A stretch of 64,000 nt of DNA from Phycisphaerales bacterium (GTDB lineage Bacteria > Planctomycetota > Phycisphaerae > Sedimentisphaerales > UBA12454): NCBI GenBank assembly GCA_039679715.1, contig JBDKUM010000239.1:32060-96059 (forward strand). Reading direction: 5' to 3'. The notes under the pieces are model-generated. The model was not told the DNA's origin. It made no database searches and saw only the letters and a list, made by a program, of their open reading frames with translations. The position numbers and the translations under genes were made by a program. Positions 19,592 to 29,439 of the stretch are shown here, piece after piece. Positions within the stretch are counted from its first letter, which is position 1, and the number at the start of each line of letters is the position of its first letter.

Positions 19592-19858
19592 TTTTGTAAA
19601 ACTCCTTATAGAAAATTTAAAATATTAAATTTAAAAGATTTTGTTAGTGAAACTGTACCTTGATAATTTAATGTAACTTCATTTTTAAATAGGACGCAAG
19701 TATAGGTCTGTAGTTATCGCCTGTCAACCATTTTCAGTACTGTTAAAGCCTAAAATAAAGCAAAAAGCCAAAGTAGTGTTCTTTTGTCTCTTTATTCTCA
19801 ACTCTAAACTTGAATATTTGCGTTTTTACGGTATAAAAGCTTCAAAAGAGCAAAGATA

Positions 19859-20992
19859 ATGAAGCTTAAAAGGACTTTTTATACATTTTTGTTACTGGCA
19901 GCCTTGTTATTATCGGGCTGTACGCCAGTGCGGAAGGCTGTGCCTGAAAAACTAATTTGCAGTGCGTCTATTGAAGGGATGCCCGCAAACATCAGGACTT
20001 TTGATCAGGATTTTTATCCCGATTTCAAACAGAACACAGCAGATTCCAATGGCTGCGCTATACTTGCGCTTTCTGGAGGAGGCGCAAACGGCGCCTTCGG
20101 CGCAGGCGTACTTTACGGCTGGACTCAAAGCGGTTGTCGGCCGCAATTTCAGGTTGTTACGGGAATAAGTACCGGCGCTCTTATAGCACCTCTTGCATTT
20201 CTTGGCTCCGATTGCGATGAAGAGCTGAAACAAATATATACTTCGATTTCCGACAAAGATATTTTCAACGTGAAAGATTTACTAGGCCTTGTTGGTATGC
20301 TGTGGAATGAATCTTACGCCGATACAACTCCTCTTTCCATGCTGATAGAAAAAACTCTTACGAAAGAAAAAATACAGGCAATCGCATGTGAACATGCCAA
20401 AGGCAGACGTTTATATGTTGGGACAACGTACCTTGATGCTCAGCGTTTTATCGTTTGGGATATGGGAGCGATAGCATCGAGCGATAATCCAAATGCACCG
20501 GAGCTTTTCAGAAAAGTGCTTCTGGCATCTGCCGCATTTCCCGGCGCATTCCCGCCTGTGTGTTTTAATGTCGAAGCTGATGGACAAAAATATGATGAGA
20601 TGCACGTTGACGGCGGCGTAGTTACAGGAGTGTTCTGTTATTTCAAACCAATGAATGAAGCAGGTCAAAATCCCGCAAAGCCCTGTAAAATTTATGTTAT
20701 TAAAAATGGAATCGGTTCGCCCGACCAGAAAGAAGTTAAGAGAAATGCGATAAAAATTCTTGAGCATTCTTTTTATACGATGATGAAGATGCAGACATGG
20801 AGCGATCTGAATCGCATTTATTGGCTGGCGAAATCGGATAATGCCGAATTTGCGTACATGTGCATTCCAAAGGATTACCTCCCCAAGAGCAAAAAAATGT
20901 TTGACCGGAAAGAAATGGAAGAATTATTCGATATTGGCGTTGAAAAAGGCTTTAATTGCCAATGGAAGAATAAGCTTATAATTGACGATTAA
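19859..20992 (+). CDS. Patatin-like phospholipase, probable lipoprotein
   Basis: Signal peptide ending LLSGC, glycine-rich GGGANGAFGAGV oxyanion loop, GISTGA nucleophile elbow (GxSxG), and DGG near the C-terminal part. Confidence 0.8.
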   Translation: MKLKRTFYTFLLLAALLLSGCTPVRKAVPEKLICSASIEGMPANIRTFDQDFYPDFKQNTADSNGCAILALSGGGANGAFGAGVLYGWTQSGCRPQFQVVTGISTGALIAPLAFLGSDCDEELKQIYTSISDKDIFNVKDLLGLVGMLWNESYADTTPLSMLIEKTLTKEKIQAIACEHAKGRRLYVGTTYLDAQRFIVWDMGAIASSDNPNAPELFRKVLLASAAFPGAFPPVCFNVEADGQKYDEMHVDGGVVTGVFCYFKPMNEAGQNPAKPCKIYVIKNGIGSPDQKEVKRNAIKILEHSFYTMMKMQTWSDLNRIYWLAKSDNAEFAYMCIPKDYLPKSKKMFDRKEMEELFDIGVEKGFNCQWKNKLIIDD

Positions 20993-21597
20993 TGGGTTTT
21001 AACTTTTCGCAGGCTTAAATATCCGCTCATAACAGTTACAAAAATTGTAGCGATGTATGTGATCGTTGTAAACCAATAGCCCCAGGTTGCTGTTTGGACA
21101 TGCGCCATTTTTACCAATACTGTTCCGACCGCGAACGCCTGAACAAACATTTTTAATTTTCCGCTCCACGTCGCTGGAAACTTTATGCCCCGAGACTCCA
21201 TCAAATGCCGTACGACAGTAACCGTCGCTTCTCTTAACATAAGGATGGATACAAAGCCCCATTGAACAACAGAATTTTGAAATGGCGTTAAACTAAATAA
21301 TTTGGGTTCGCCTATAATGGCAAAGACTATAAATGAACCAACAATAAGAATTTTATCAGCGAGCGGATCGACAATCCTTCCGAACTTGCTTGCGACGTTT
21401 AGCTTTCGAGCCGCATATCCGTCGAATAAATCCGTCAAACCGGCGATTACGAAAAGAATAAAAGCGTAATCAAGATAACCAGGGAATGAATAATCCCTGT
21501 CTTGCGGTAAAGTCGGTTCGATTAGAATCATTATGAGAAATATTACCGCAAGTACGAGTCTTCCGCCAGTCAGGATGTTTGGTATTTGTTTTATCAT
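20989..21597 (-). CDS. pgsA: CDP-alcohol phosphatidyltransferase (PgsA-like)
   Basis: PNILTGGRL N-terminus and DLFDGYAARKLNVASKFGRIVDPLADK, which is the D(x)2DG(x)2AR...G(x)3D(x)3D motif. Confidence 0.7.
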   Translation of the reverse strand: MIKQIPNILTGGRLVLAVIFLIMILIEPTLPQDRDYSFPGYLDYAFILFVIAGLTDLFDGYAARKLNVASKFGRIVDPLADKILIVGSFIVFAIIGEPKLFSLTPFQNSVVQWGFVSILMLREATVTVVRHLMESRGIKFPATWSGKLKMFVQAFAVGTVLVKMAHVQTATWGYWFTTITYIATIFVTVMSGYLSLRKVKTH

Positions 21598-21629
21598 TAA
21601 TCAAAAGATATAAAAAGTTACTTAAAAAA

Positions 21630-22991
21630 TCAAATCTTTTCCGTAAGCAAATCATAATCTTTAAAACCGGTTATTTTAGCTTTAACAAAACTTCCCGCAG
21701 GCTCATCGCACCTTCCGATAAAACAAACGCTGTCAATATGCGGTGCTTGGCCATAATATCTGCCAACAGCGAGCTGGTCTTCCTGGTTTTCATCGATCAA
21801 ACACTCGAATGTTTGGCCTTTAAGCGCCTGATTTTTCTCGAATACTATTCTTTGTTGAGCAAGCATCAACTTTTCAAGACGTTTTTGTTTGATTTTTTCC
21901 TGAATTTTGCCCTTAAGTTCCGCAGCTTTTGTACCTTCTTCGGGCCAGAACGCAAAACATCCCAGCGCATCAAACTTTATACTTTTTACAAAATCCAAAA
22001 GCTCATTATATTGCTGTTCGGTTTCGCCCGGGAATCCGACAATTACCGTTGTTCGTAAAACGACATCGCTTATGACCTTTCGGATTTTCTCAATCAAGCC
22101 TGAAATTTTTTCCTTCGTATCAGGCCTGTGCATTGCTTTAAGAATGTCATTATTAATATGCTGAATAGGCATATCAATATAGTGAAGCACTTTCTTACTT
22201 TTGGAAACAACATCTATTAGCTCATCGGAGATGCCGGTAGGATTGAGATACATCAATCTTATCCACTTGAGTTTTTCAATTTTTTCAAGTTCTGTTATTA
22301 CTTTTATTAAACCTTCTTTTTCGCCAAGGTCTCTGCCCCAATAAGTGCAATCCTGTGCAATAACAGAAATCTCGACAATGCCAGAATCGGCAAGTTGTTT
22401 GGCTTCTTCGACAATCGTTTCAAGCGGTTTGCTTCTGAATTTGCCTCTTATCGATGGAATAGTGCAGAACGAACAGTTCCTGTCGCAGCCTTCCGAAATT
22501 CGCAAGTATGCCCAGTGTGCGGAAGTTACCAGCAGCCTGTCTGCATCGCTCTGGATAATGCTTTCCCAGTTTGCAGGGCTTTTATGTATTCTTTCCTGTT
22601 TGTCTTCTAAAACATCTTTTACAACATTCGCGATGTTATCTCTTGCGCCAAGACAGACCATTGCATCGATATTTGGGAATTTCTCCAGCAGTTTTTCCTT
22701 CATTCGTTCCGCCAGGCAGCCTGCGACAATAACTTTTTTAATTTTTCCTTTTCTTTTTTTCGCAAGCACATGGCTTATCGTTTCCATTGCCTCATCGGCG
22801 GCAGGCTTTATAAACCCGCACGTATTAATCACAACAACATCCGCGTTTTCAGTGTCATAATCGATAACAAAACCTGCTTCGGCAATCAGCGCAAGCATTT
22901 TTTCAGAATCGACCATGTTTTTCGGACAGCCAAGTGAAATAAAACCTACTGACGATTGTTTTTGTTCTTTTTTCATAACAACAGGATACAA
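21630..22991 (-). CDS. rimO: Ribosomal protein S12 methylthiotransferase RimO
   Basis: VGFISLGCPKNMVDSEKM N-terminal MTTase motif, radical SAM CDRNCSFCTIP, and a C-terminal TRAM-like domain. Its target residue context ([10 protein letters not shown] in S12) is present at 53669-54034. Confidence 0.85.
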   Translation of the reverse strand: MYPVVMKKEQKQSSVGFISLGCPKNMVDSEKMLALIAEAGFVIDYDTENADVVVINTCGFIKPAADEAMETISHVLAKKRKGKIKKVIVAGCLAERMKEKLLEKFPNIDAMVCLGARDNIANVVKDVLEDKQERIHKSPANWESIIQSDADRLLVTSAHWAYLRISEGCDRNCSFCTIPSIRGKFRSKPLETIVEEAKQLADSGIVEISVIAQDCTYWGRDLGEKEGLIKVITELEKIEKLKWIRLMYLNPTGISDELIDVVSKSKKVLHYIDMPIQHINNDILKAMHRPDTKEKISGLIEKIRKVISDVVLRTTVIVGFPGETEQQYNELLDFVKSIKFDALGCFAFWPEEGTKAAELKGKIQEKIKQKRLEKLMLAQQRIVFEKNQALKGQTFECLIDENQEDQLAVGRYYGQAPHIDSVCFIGRCDEPAGSFVKAKITGFKDYDLLTEKI

Positions 22992-23057
22992 ATATTTTCA
23001 GCAGAATAAAGAAGAACTTTCTCGCTAAAAAAAATAAGATATTTTTATAGTTTAAGT

Positions 23058-23087
23058 TTGACGGATGATGAAAAAACATACTATAAT
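23058..23087 (+). promoter_or_regulatory. Sigma70-like promoter TTGACG-N18-TATAAT upstream of the secretin gene
   Basis: TTGACG at 23058-23063 and TATAAT at 23082-23087, read directly. About 40 nt upstream of the ATG at 23129. Confidence 0.4.
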
Positions 23088-23128
23088 ATACACAAATTAA
23101 ACAGTATTATTGGTAAAGAAAATAAATC

Positions 23129-25024
23129 ATGAACATAGATGGGGCCGACCGAAAATTCAAATTGATTTCTATGATATGCGTTGCATGCGCATTTCTCTTC
23201 GTCGGCTGTGGTAAAACCCAGGAATTTTTTGATAGAAAACCGGTCGAAATTCATTCCAGAGATATTATCCGCGATGTCAGCCAAATACCTGTTATTCCGG
23301 ACACTAATAATCCTATGCCGGAATTCTTCGTTGCTCCTCCTGAAATTAAAACTTTCAGTCCGCAGGATACCAAACTTTATTATTTTTCAAAAAATCATCC
23401 CCCGGAAAAACTTGCCGAACTGGTCAAATCCCAGCTTGGCTATCAGGTTGATATCAACCCTGCGACCAATCAATTGATTATCAAAAGTTTGTTGCCGGAA
23501 GATGCGCTGGTAGCACTCGAATTTCTACAGCAGGTCGATGTTCCGCCAATTCAGGTTCGTATAGATTGTCTTATTTCGGAAATTTTTGCGGATTCAACTA
23601 TGGATTGGGAAACTTCACTTGCAATCGGTGATTTGTTCGGTGACGGCCAAGGCGGCATCAGAAAAGTTGGTGACACAATCGCGGAAACCATCAGCTTAAC
23701 TGGCGGCGGTAAGGATAATCTCGCTTTCCCCGGTGCATCTGCGCGTGACACCGCAAGGGCCAATTCCGGTTTGCAGATTGGGATGGCTTCCAAAAGCGGA
23801 TCATTCAAAGCCGTTGTCGATTTGCTCTCAAGCAGGGGATACATGAAAATCGTTATGAATCCTACCCTGCGTACTGTTAACGGCAAAAAGGCTATTATTA
23901 CTACTGAAGACGAAGTCCCGATTTCTAAAACTGTTTTTACTCCCGGCATCCAGCCTTATGAAATTACAGAATATGTTCCTGTTACCGATTCGCTTGAAGT
24001 TGTTCCCAATGTGTATGCTGACGGCTCTATAGGTCTTAAAACAAAAGCGGTTATTGGTTCAAGCTCCACGCCCGCAGGCTCAAGTCAGAAAACAATTATT
24101 ACAAGACGTGAAGTCCAGATTGAAGAAAACAGAATTCGTCCTGGCGACAGCCTAATTATCGGTGGTATAAGAAAATCTGAAAACCTCGGCATTATTCGCG
24201 GCGCTCCAGGCCTTGAAGATATTCCTGTCCTGGGGATATTATTCTCAAGCAAAGACCAGGAAGAAAAAGTTAAGGAAATCATGTTCATCCTGACTCCAAG
24301 CATTTCATCAGGCGGAATGGATTACGAGACAATGGTTGCCGGAATCAGGCAAAAACACATGAAGCCGCAGGACGACCCAAATATTGTTAAATCATTTATG
24401 GAACCGTTCTGTAAAAGTAAATACGCAGAGTATGTCGAAACCAAAGCTGCGGAATCCGAAGTCGCCAGAATTAAAGCAGAAGCTTTGACGGTAAAAACAC
24501 GCGAGGAAATGGGCAGACTTGTTGAAGAAACAAATGCTGAAAAGGTCAAAGCTCAAAATGATATGAATTTGGCCGAAAAAACAAAAGCGGAAGCCCAAAC
24601 CATCAAAGCACAGGCTGAACAGGTCAAAGCGGAAACTGAAAAAATTAAAATTGAAATTGAACTGCTAAAGAGCCAGGCCGAAGCAAAGAAGGCAGAAGCT
24701 GAAAAAGCCCAGGCAGAAGCAACTAAAGCAATGACTGAAGCTCTGAAAAAAGAACATGACGCAAACCAGGCTATGACAGACGCGGAAAGTAAAATTGCTG
24801 AAGCTGAACAAAAAATTAATGAATCAACGAACGCAAAGGCCGAAGCTCAGCTAAAACTGGCAGAAGCAGAAAAAGCTAAAATCGCAGCCGAACAGGCTAA
24901 AGCTGAAGCGGAAAAACTAATTGCGGAAGCTGAAGCTGCCAAAGCACAAGAGGAGGCGACTATGCTCGATGTCAATGACCCGAATAATATCCCTGACCCC
25001 AACGACCCCAATAGGCCTGTATAA
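23129..25024 (+). CDS. Secretin-family outer-membrane protein (GspD/PilQ-like) with a long C-terminal coiled-coil tail, probable lipoprotein
   Basis: Signal ending FLFVGC. Secretin core IQVRIDCLISEI..., MKIVMNPTLRTVNGKKAIITT, IIGGIRKSE...GAPGLEDIPVLGILFSSKD...IMFILTPSI. After about residue 430 there are roughly 200 aa of A/E/K-rich heptad-like sequence, ending in PNDPN repeats. Confidence 0.8.
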   Translation: MNIDGADRKFKLISMICVACAFLFVGCGKTQEFFDRKPVEIHSRDIIRDVSQIPVIPDTNNPMPEFFVAPPEIKTFSPQDTKLYYFSKNHPPEKLAELVKSQLGYQVDINPATNQLIIKSLLPEDALVALEFLQQVDVPPIQVRIDCLISEIFADSTMDWETSLAIGDLFGDGQGGIRKVGDTIAETISLTGGGKDNLAFPGASARDTARANSGLQIGMASKSGSFKAVVDLLSSRGYMKIVMNPTLRTVNGKKAIITTEDEVPISKTVFTPGIQPYEITEYVPVTDSLEVVPNVYADGSIGLKTKAVIGSSSTPAGSSQKTIITRREVQIEENRIRPGDSLIIGGIRKSENLGIIRGAPGLEDIPVLGILFSSKDQEEKVKEIMFILTPSISSGGMDYETMVAGIRQKHMKPQDDPNIVKSFMEPFCKSKYAEYVETKAAESEVARIKAEALTVKTREEMGRLVEETNAEKVKAQNDMNLAEKTKAEAQTIKAQAEQVKAETEKIKIEIELLKSQAEAKKAEAEKAQAEATKAMTEALKKEHDANQAMTDAESKIAEAEQKINESTNAKAEAQLKLAEAEKAKIAAEQAKAEAEKLIAEAEAAKAQEEATMLDVNDPNNIPDPNDPNRPV

Positions 25025-25076
25025 AAGCATCCCGTCGAAGACGGATTCCTCAATTTTGATATTTAATTTTTGATTT

Positions 25077-25706
25077 TTAATTTTTTTTAAATGCTATTGT
25101 GTTTATATTTCTCTTCTCTTTTATATATTTCCTCTCGAAATTTGTTCCAACCATTTCGTTTTCTTTTGCGCCTGCCGGTTTTATAAAATCAATTTTTGTA
25201 AGTGCGTTTTCAAAACCTGTAAATTCATTTTCCATCCACTCAAAATATTCTTTATGGTCAGTTGCGATGTTAATGATTCCGCCTTGTTTCAGACATCGAA
25301 TAATATGCGTGATATTTTGAGCGCAGATAAATCTTCGCTTGTGATGAGCTCTTTTAGGCCAAGGATCAGGAAAATAAATATGAAAACAATCAACGCTTTG
25401 GCTCTCAATATTTTTTTCAATAAATGATGCTGCTTCAGTTCGTATCAGCCGAACATTCTGCAATCCTCTTCGCCCCATTCTGTCTACCGCAAACCTGTAA
25501 TATTTGCGTGCCCATTCGATGCCAATAAAATCAATATCCGGGTAAGCTGTCGCCTGGCTGGCTAAAAACGTACCTTTTCCGCTGCCGACCTCGATATGGA
25601 CAGGTTTTTTACGTCCGAAAATATCTGCAAAGCACAATTTGGCTTCTTTAATATCATCGAAGATTAAAGCGTTTTTTTCGTATTCTTTAAGTTTTTTCGC
25701 TGTCAT
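25077..25706 (-). CDS. trmB: tRNA (guanine46-N7)-methyltransferase TrmB
   Basis: HIEVGSGKGTFL SAM-binding motif, IGIEW, and FPDPWPKRAHHKRR, which is highly characteristic of TrmB. Confidence 0.85.
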   Translation of the reverse strand: MTAKKLKEYEKNALIFDDIKEAKLCFADIFGRKKPVHIEVGSGKGTFLASQATAYPDIDFIGIEWARKYYRFAVDRMGRRGLQNVRLIRTEAASFIEKNIESQSVDCFHIYFPDPWPKRAHHKRRFICAQNITHIIRCLKQGGIINIATDHKEYFEWMENEFTGFENALTKIDFIKPAGAKENEMVGTNFERKYIKEKRNINTIAFKKN

Positions 25707-25834
25707 ATAAGTAAATAGCCTATTTTACAGAATCTCTGGTAAAGTCAAGAATGATAATATTCGATACAGATTTTGCGGAACTTTAAGGAAAGTTCCTACG
25801 TAATTGTTTATAGCGAGTTATAGGGATATTTAAA

Positions 25835-26521
25835 ATGATAAGACCAATAAAATTACGACGCAAACGTATATTGGTTGATATTGACACCCAGAATGACTTG
25901 TTGATTGCTGCCGGAGCCAACTGCATCAGGAATCATCGCAGAGTTTTGATGAATATCAGAAGAATCTACGCCTGGGCCAGAGCAAAAGATATCAAATCCG
26001 TTTCTACAGTTTTATGCAGACCCAAGAACAGCGGCCATGTATGCTGCATTGAAGGCAGCTTTGGTCAGAAAAAAGTTTCATATACCCTCCGCAGCAAACG
26101 TATCGCATTTGAAGCAGGCAATTCTACCGATTTATTACGTGATCTTTTCACTCGTTTTGAGCAGATAATCCTGGCTAAGCGGCTTGATGACCCCTTTGAA
26201 GAACCGCGTGCTGAAAGATTGCTCACAGAATTGCGTGCGGACGAATTTATCATAATAGGCGCACCGGCCGAAGGTGCGGTTTCATCGACCGTACTCGGCC
26301 TATTGCAAAGAGGCAAGAGGGTGATTGTCGTTACCGATGCTATCGGCGTTTACGACAGGAAAATTGCGGAAGTTGCATTCCGTAAATGGCAGGCAAAAGG
26401 TGCGATTTTGATGGAAACTAAGGATTTGGCCGGTGCTACACATCTGAAAACCGCCGGTATTTGCGATTGTAAAATCTGCAAATTGACCGAAAAAGAGTTC
26501 CAAACCCAAGCCTCAGCTTAA
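25835..26521 (+). CDS. Isochorismatase/nicotinamidase-like (cysteine-hydrolase fold) protein, possibly non-catalytic
   Basis: RILVDIDTQNDLL resembles the family N-terminal Asp motif, and FIIIGAPAEGAVSSTVL...VIVVTDAIG resembles the strand-Cys-helix region but lacks the Cys. Weak assignment. Confidence 0.35.
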   Translation: MIRPIKLRRKRILVDIDTQNDLLIAAGANCIRNHRRVLMNIRRIYAWARAKDIKSVSTVLCRPKNSGHVCCIEGSFGQKKVSYTLRSKRIAFEAGNSTDLLRDLFTRFEQIILAKRLDDPFEEPRAERLLTELRADEFIIIGAPAEGAVSSTVLGLLQRGKRVIVVTDAIGVYDRKIAEVAFRKWQAKGAILMETKDLAGATHLKTAGICDCKICKLTEKEFQTQASA

Positions 26522-26538
26522 ATTCTCAACTGTCAGGC

Positions 26539-26554
26539 TGGCAGGAGAACTGCA
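26539..26554 (+). promoter_or_regulatory. Weaker sigma54-like element TGGCAG-N5-CTGCA
   Basis: GG at 26540-26541 and GC at 26552-26553, with exact GG-N10-GC spacing. It lies 115 nt upstream of the stronger element. Confidence 0.3.
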
Positions 26555-26653
26555 ATTTTGCCAGTAAAAGGCATTTCTGAAAAGGTGCCTAACACCTATT
26601 ATCTTATTGTACTAAAAGAACTTACATTTCCTTAAATCTCCATCCTTATTCAA

Positions 26654-26669
26654 TGGCACATTATTTGCA
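26654..26669 (+). promoter_or_regulatory. Near-consensus sigma54 (-24/-12) promoter TGGCAC-N5-TTGCA
   Basis: TGGCACattatTTGCA read directly, matching TGGCAC-N5-TTGCW at every conserved position. About 32 nt upstream of the ATG at 26701. Confidence 0.6.
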
Positions 26670-26700
26670 CTTAAAGAATCGCATTAGTTAGAGATTCTAT

Positions 26701-27099
26701 ATGACCATAGATGGCGTAAAAGTGTTGATTAACGGTTTCGACTGGGCTTGGCCGCAGGCTATAAAGCAGATTTTCGAAACCCGCAGCGTTGAACTGCTGA
26801 TGGTACACCGCCCTGACGAAGCGTTGAACGTAATCCAGCAGCGCAGAATCCATACCGCCATCGTTGATATGGAATCAAAAGCTCTTAGCGGTTTGAGTAT
26901 GATAAAAATCATACGAAGCAGCTTCCCGGCTCTGCCGTGCATTTTGCTCGCCGACCAGGCCGAAGAAAAACTGCTTTCAGCCGCACTTGAATTGGATGTC
27001 TTTAGCGTTATGAACAAACCAGTTGATATAAGTTTGCTCCAGAACCAGCTAAACAGGTTATTTGTAAAAAGATATGATAGTAATTTATTTAATAGTTGA
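26701..27099 (+). CDS. Single-domain receiver (REC)-like protein with a non-canonical acidic pocket
   Basis: Beta-alpha pattern KVLINGFD / AIVDMES (phospho-acceptor Asp position) / PCILLAD / VMNKPV (conserved Lys-Pro). The usual DD after strand 1 and the T/S after strand 4 are absent. It ends 13 nt before groES. Confidence 0.55.
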   Translation: MTIDGVKVLINGFDWAWPQAIKQIFETRSVELLMVHRPDEALNVIQQRRIHTAIVDMESKALSGLSMIKIIRSSFPALPCILLADQAEEKLLSAALELDVFSVMNKPVDISLLQNQLNRLFVKRYDSNLFNS

Positions 27100-27112
27100 A
27101 AGGAAATAGGAA

Positions 27113-27403
27113 ATGAAAATCAGACCATTGGCTGCCAAGGTGCTTGTCGAACGCATCGAGGCTGAAAGCAAAACAGCAGGCGGTATTGTTCTGCCCGATT
27201 CAGCAAAGGAAAAACCGCAAAGAGGAAAAGTCGTCAGCGTTGGCGAAGGCAGAATGCTTGATGACGGTTCACGCAGCGCTATGCAGGTTGCGAAAGGCGA
27301 TGAAGTGCTCTTCACAAGTTATGCCGGTACTGAAATTAAACTCGACGGCAAAGAGTATCTCATCATGGAAGAAACAGACATTATGGCAGTAATTGAGAAA
27401 TAA
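27113..27403 (+). CDS. groES: Co-chaperonin GroES
   Basis: [44 protein letters not shown] is canonical GroES, including the mobile loop. Confidence 0.95.
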   Translation: MKIRPLAAKVLVERIEAESKTAGGIVLPDSAKEKPQRGKVVSVGEGRMLDDGSRSAMQVAKGDEVLFTSYAGTEIKLDGKEYLIMEETDIMAVIEK

Positions 27404-27417
27404 TAGGAGAATATAAA

Positions 27418-29043
27418 ATGGCAGCAAAAAAAATAGCATACAGTACCGAGGCTCGTGAAGCCATCCGCCAGGGCATTAAGAAACTTGCCGCTGCGGTAAA
27501 GGTTACACTTGGTCCTTGCGGACGAAATGTCGTCCTTGAAAAATCTTTCGGCTCACCAACCGTTACAAAAGACGGCGTTTCAGTCGCGAAAGAAATCGAG
27601 CTTGAAGATTCTTACGAAAATATGGGCGCACAGATGGTTAAGGAAGTCGCCAGCAAAACCAGTTCAGTCGCAGGCGACGGCACAACAACCGCGACAATCC
27701 TCGCAGAAGCGATTTTCGAAGAAGGTCTGAAAAACATCACTGCAGGCGCTAACCCGATGCAGGTTAAACGCGGCATCGATATGGCAGTAGAGAAAATCGT
27801 TGACGAGCTCAAGAAAATGAGCACAAAAGTCGAATCAAGCAAACAGGTCGAACAGGTCGCTACATGCTCGGCAAACCAGGATGCTGAAATCGGCAAAACA
27901 ATGGCACAGGCAATGGACAAAGTCGGCAAAGACGGCGTTATCACAGTCGAAGAAGGCCAAAGCCTTGAAACAGTTGTCGAACTCGTTGAAGGTATGCAGT
28001 TCGATAAAGGTTACATCAGCCCGCACTTCATCAATAATTACGATGAGATGACATGCGTTCTTGAAAAACCATATATCCTGATTAACGAAAAGAAAATCAG
28101 CTCAATCAAATCGCTCGTTCCGATGCTCGAAAAAGTCGCCAAATCAGGCAGACCTCTGCTCATCATCGCAGAAGACATCGAAGGCGAAGCACTTGCCACA
28201 TTAGTCGTTAATAAACTTCGCGGTGTTCTCCAGTGCGCAGCAGTTAAAGCTCCGGGCTTTGGCGACAGACGCAAAGCTATGCTCGGCGATATCGGCGTAC
28301 TCACCGGCGGCGAACCAATCTTCGAAGATCTCGGCATCGACCTCGAACACATCGAACTTTCACAGCTCGGTCAGGCTAAACGCGTTACAATCGACAAAGA
28401 AAACACAACAATCGTCGAAGGCGCTGGCAGCACAGATGAAATCAAAGGCAGAATCGACCAAATCAGACGTGAAATCGATTCCACAACAAGCGATTACGAT
28501 ATCGAAAAACTTCAGGAAAGATTGGCAAAACTTTCAGGCGGCGTAGCTCAAATTAATGTTGGCGCTGCTACTGAAGCTGAAATGAAAGAGAAAAAAGCAC
28601 GCGTTGAAGACGCACTCCACGCTTGCCGTGCAGCCGTTGAAGAAGGTATCCTCCCCGGCGGCGGCGTTTCAATGCTACGTGCTTTGAAAGCTCTCGATAA
28701 AGTAAAAGCAAAAGACGATGAAAAGGTTGGCGTTGACATTGTCAAACGTGCAGTAGTTGCTCCAATCAAGCAAATCGCATTAAATGCAGGCCTTGATGGC
28801 TCTATCGTCGCTCAAAAAGTTGTGGAAAGCGCAGACCAGAATTTCGGTTATGACGCACTGCGAAAAGAATACGGCAACATGATCGAATTCGGCATTATCG
28901 TTCCGACCAAAGTCGAACGCACTGCTCTGCAGAATGGTGCTTCAATCGCTTCGCTGCTCCTGACAACAGATGCTGTCGTAAGTGAAATTCCTGAAAAGAA
29001 GGAAGCTCCTCCAATGCCACCACACGGCGGCGGAATGTACTAA
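27418..29043 (+). CDS. groEL: Chaperonin GroEL
   Basis: AAKKIAYS..., [21 protein letters not shown], and the C-terminal GGM-type tail (PPHGGGMY). Confidence 0.97.
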   Translation: MAAKKIAYSTEAREAIRQGIKKLAAAVKVTLGPCGRNVVLEKSFGSPTVTKDGVSVAKEIELEDSYENMGAQMVKEVASKTSSVAGDGTTTATILAEAIFEEGLKNITAGANPMQVKRGIDMAVEKIVDELKKMSTKVESSKQVEQVATCSANQDAEIGKTMAQAMDKVGKDGVITVEEGQSLETVVELVEGMQFDKGYISPHFINNYDEMTCVLEKPYILINEKKISSIKSLVPMLEKVAKSGRPLLIIAEDIEGEALATLVVNKLRGVLQCAAVKAPGFGDRRKAMLGDIGVLTGGEPIFEDLGIDLEHIELSQLGQAKRVTIDKENTTIVEGAGSTDEIKGRIDQIRREIDSTTSDYDIEKLQERLAKLSGGVAQINVGAATEAEMKEKKARVEDALHACRAAVEEGILPGGGVSMLRALKALDKVKAKDDEKVGVDIVKRAVVAPIKQIALNAGLDGSIVAQKVVESADQNFGYDALRKEYGNMIEFGIIVPTKVERTALQNGASIASLLLTTDAVVSEIPEKKEAPPMPPHGGGMY

Positions 29044-29059
29044 GCCTTAATTGAAATTG

Positions 29060-29092
29060 AAGGGCAGGCCTTAAAACCTGCCCTTTATTTTA
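29060..29092 (+). terminator. Rho-independent terminator after groEL
   Basis: AAGGGCAGG-ccttaaaa-CCTGCCCTT followed by TATTTTAT, read directly. Confidence 0.75.
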
Positions 29093-29103
29093 TAGGATGA
29101 AAA

Positions 29104-29382
29104 ATGTTATTTAATTTTTATTCAAACTCATTCAGCGGCATCTCGAAAAACTTCGCTAAAGGACTTTTTGTAACAGGCCTTTTGATTTTCGGTTTTGGCT
29201 TGTTAGTCTGGATTTTCAGACAGGTTCTCGCAGTGATTGCCGCAGCTATTTTCATGGCCGTTGGCGTTGGCCTCTGTTTGAAGGCGATTAGAATTTATTA
29301 TATCGAATGGAAATCAGGCAGACACGATGACGATGATGACAATTCCGGCCGAAGCTCTAACGTCCGAATCCACATTAAATAA
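29104..29382 (+). CDS. Small two-TM membrane protein with an acidic/basic tail, function unknown
   Basis: AGGA RBS, two hydrophobic helices (GLFVTGLLIFGFGLLVWIF, AVIAAAIFMAVGVGLCL), and tail RHDDDDDNSGRSS. Its base composition matches the flanking chromosome. Confidence 0.45.
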   Translation: MLFNFYSNSFSGISKNFAKGLFVTGLLIFGFGLLVWIFRQVLAVIAAAIFMAVGVGLCLKAIRIYYIEWKSGRHDDDDDNSGRSSNVRIHIK

Positions 29383-29439
29383 TAAAATTTATATTGTTAT
29401 GGAAGATAAATTATAATGTGAATCAAGGAGAGATGTGCA

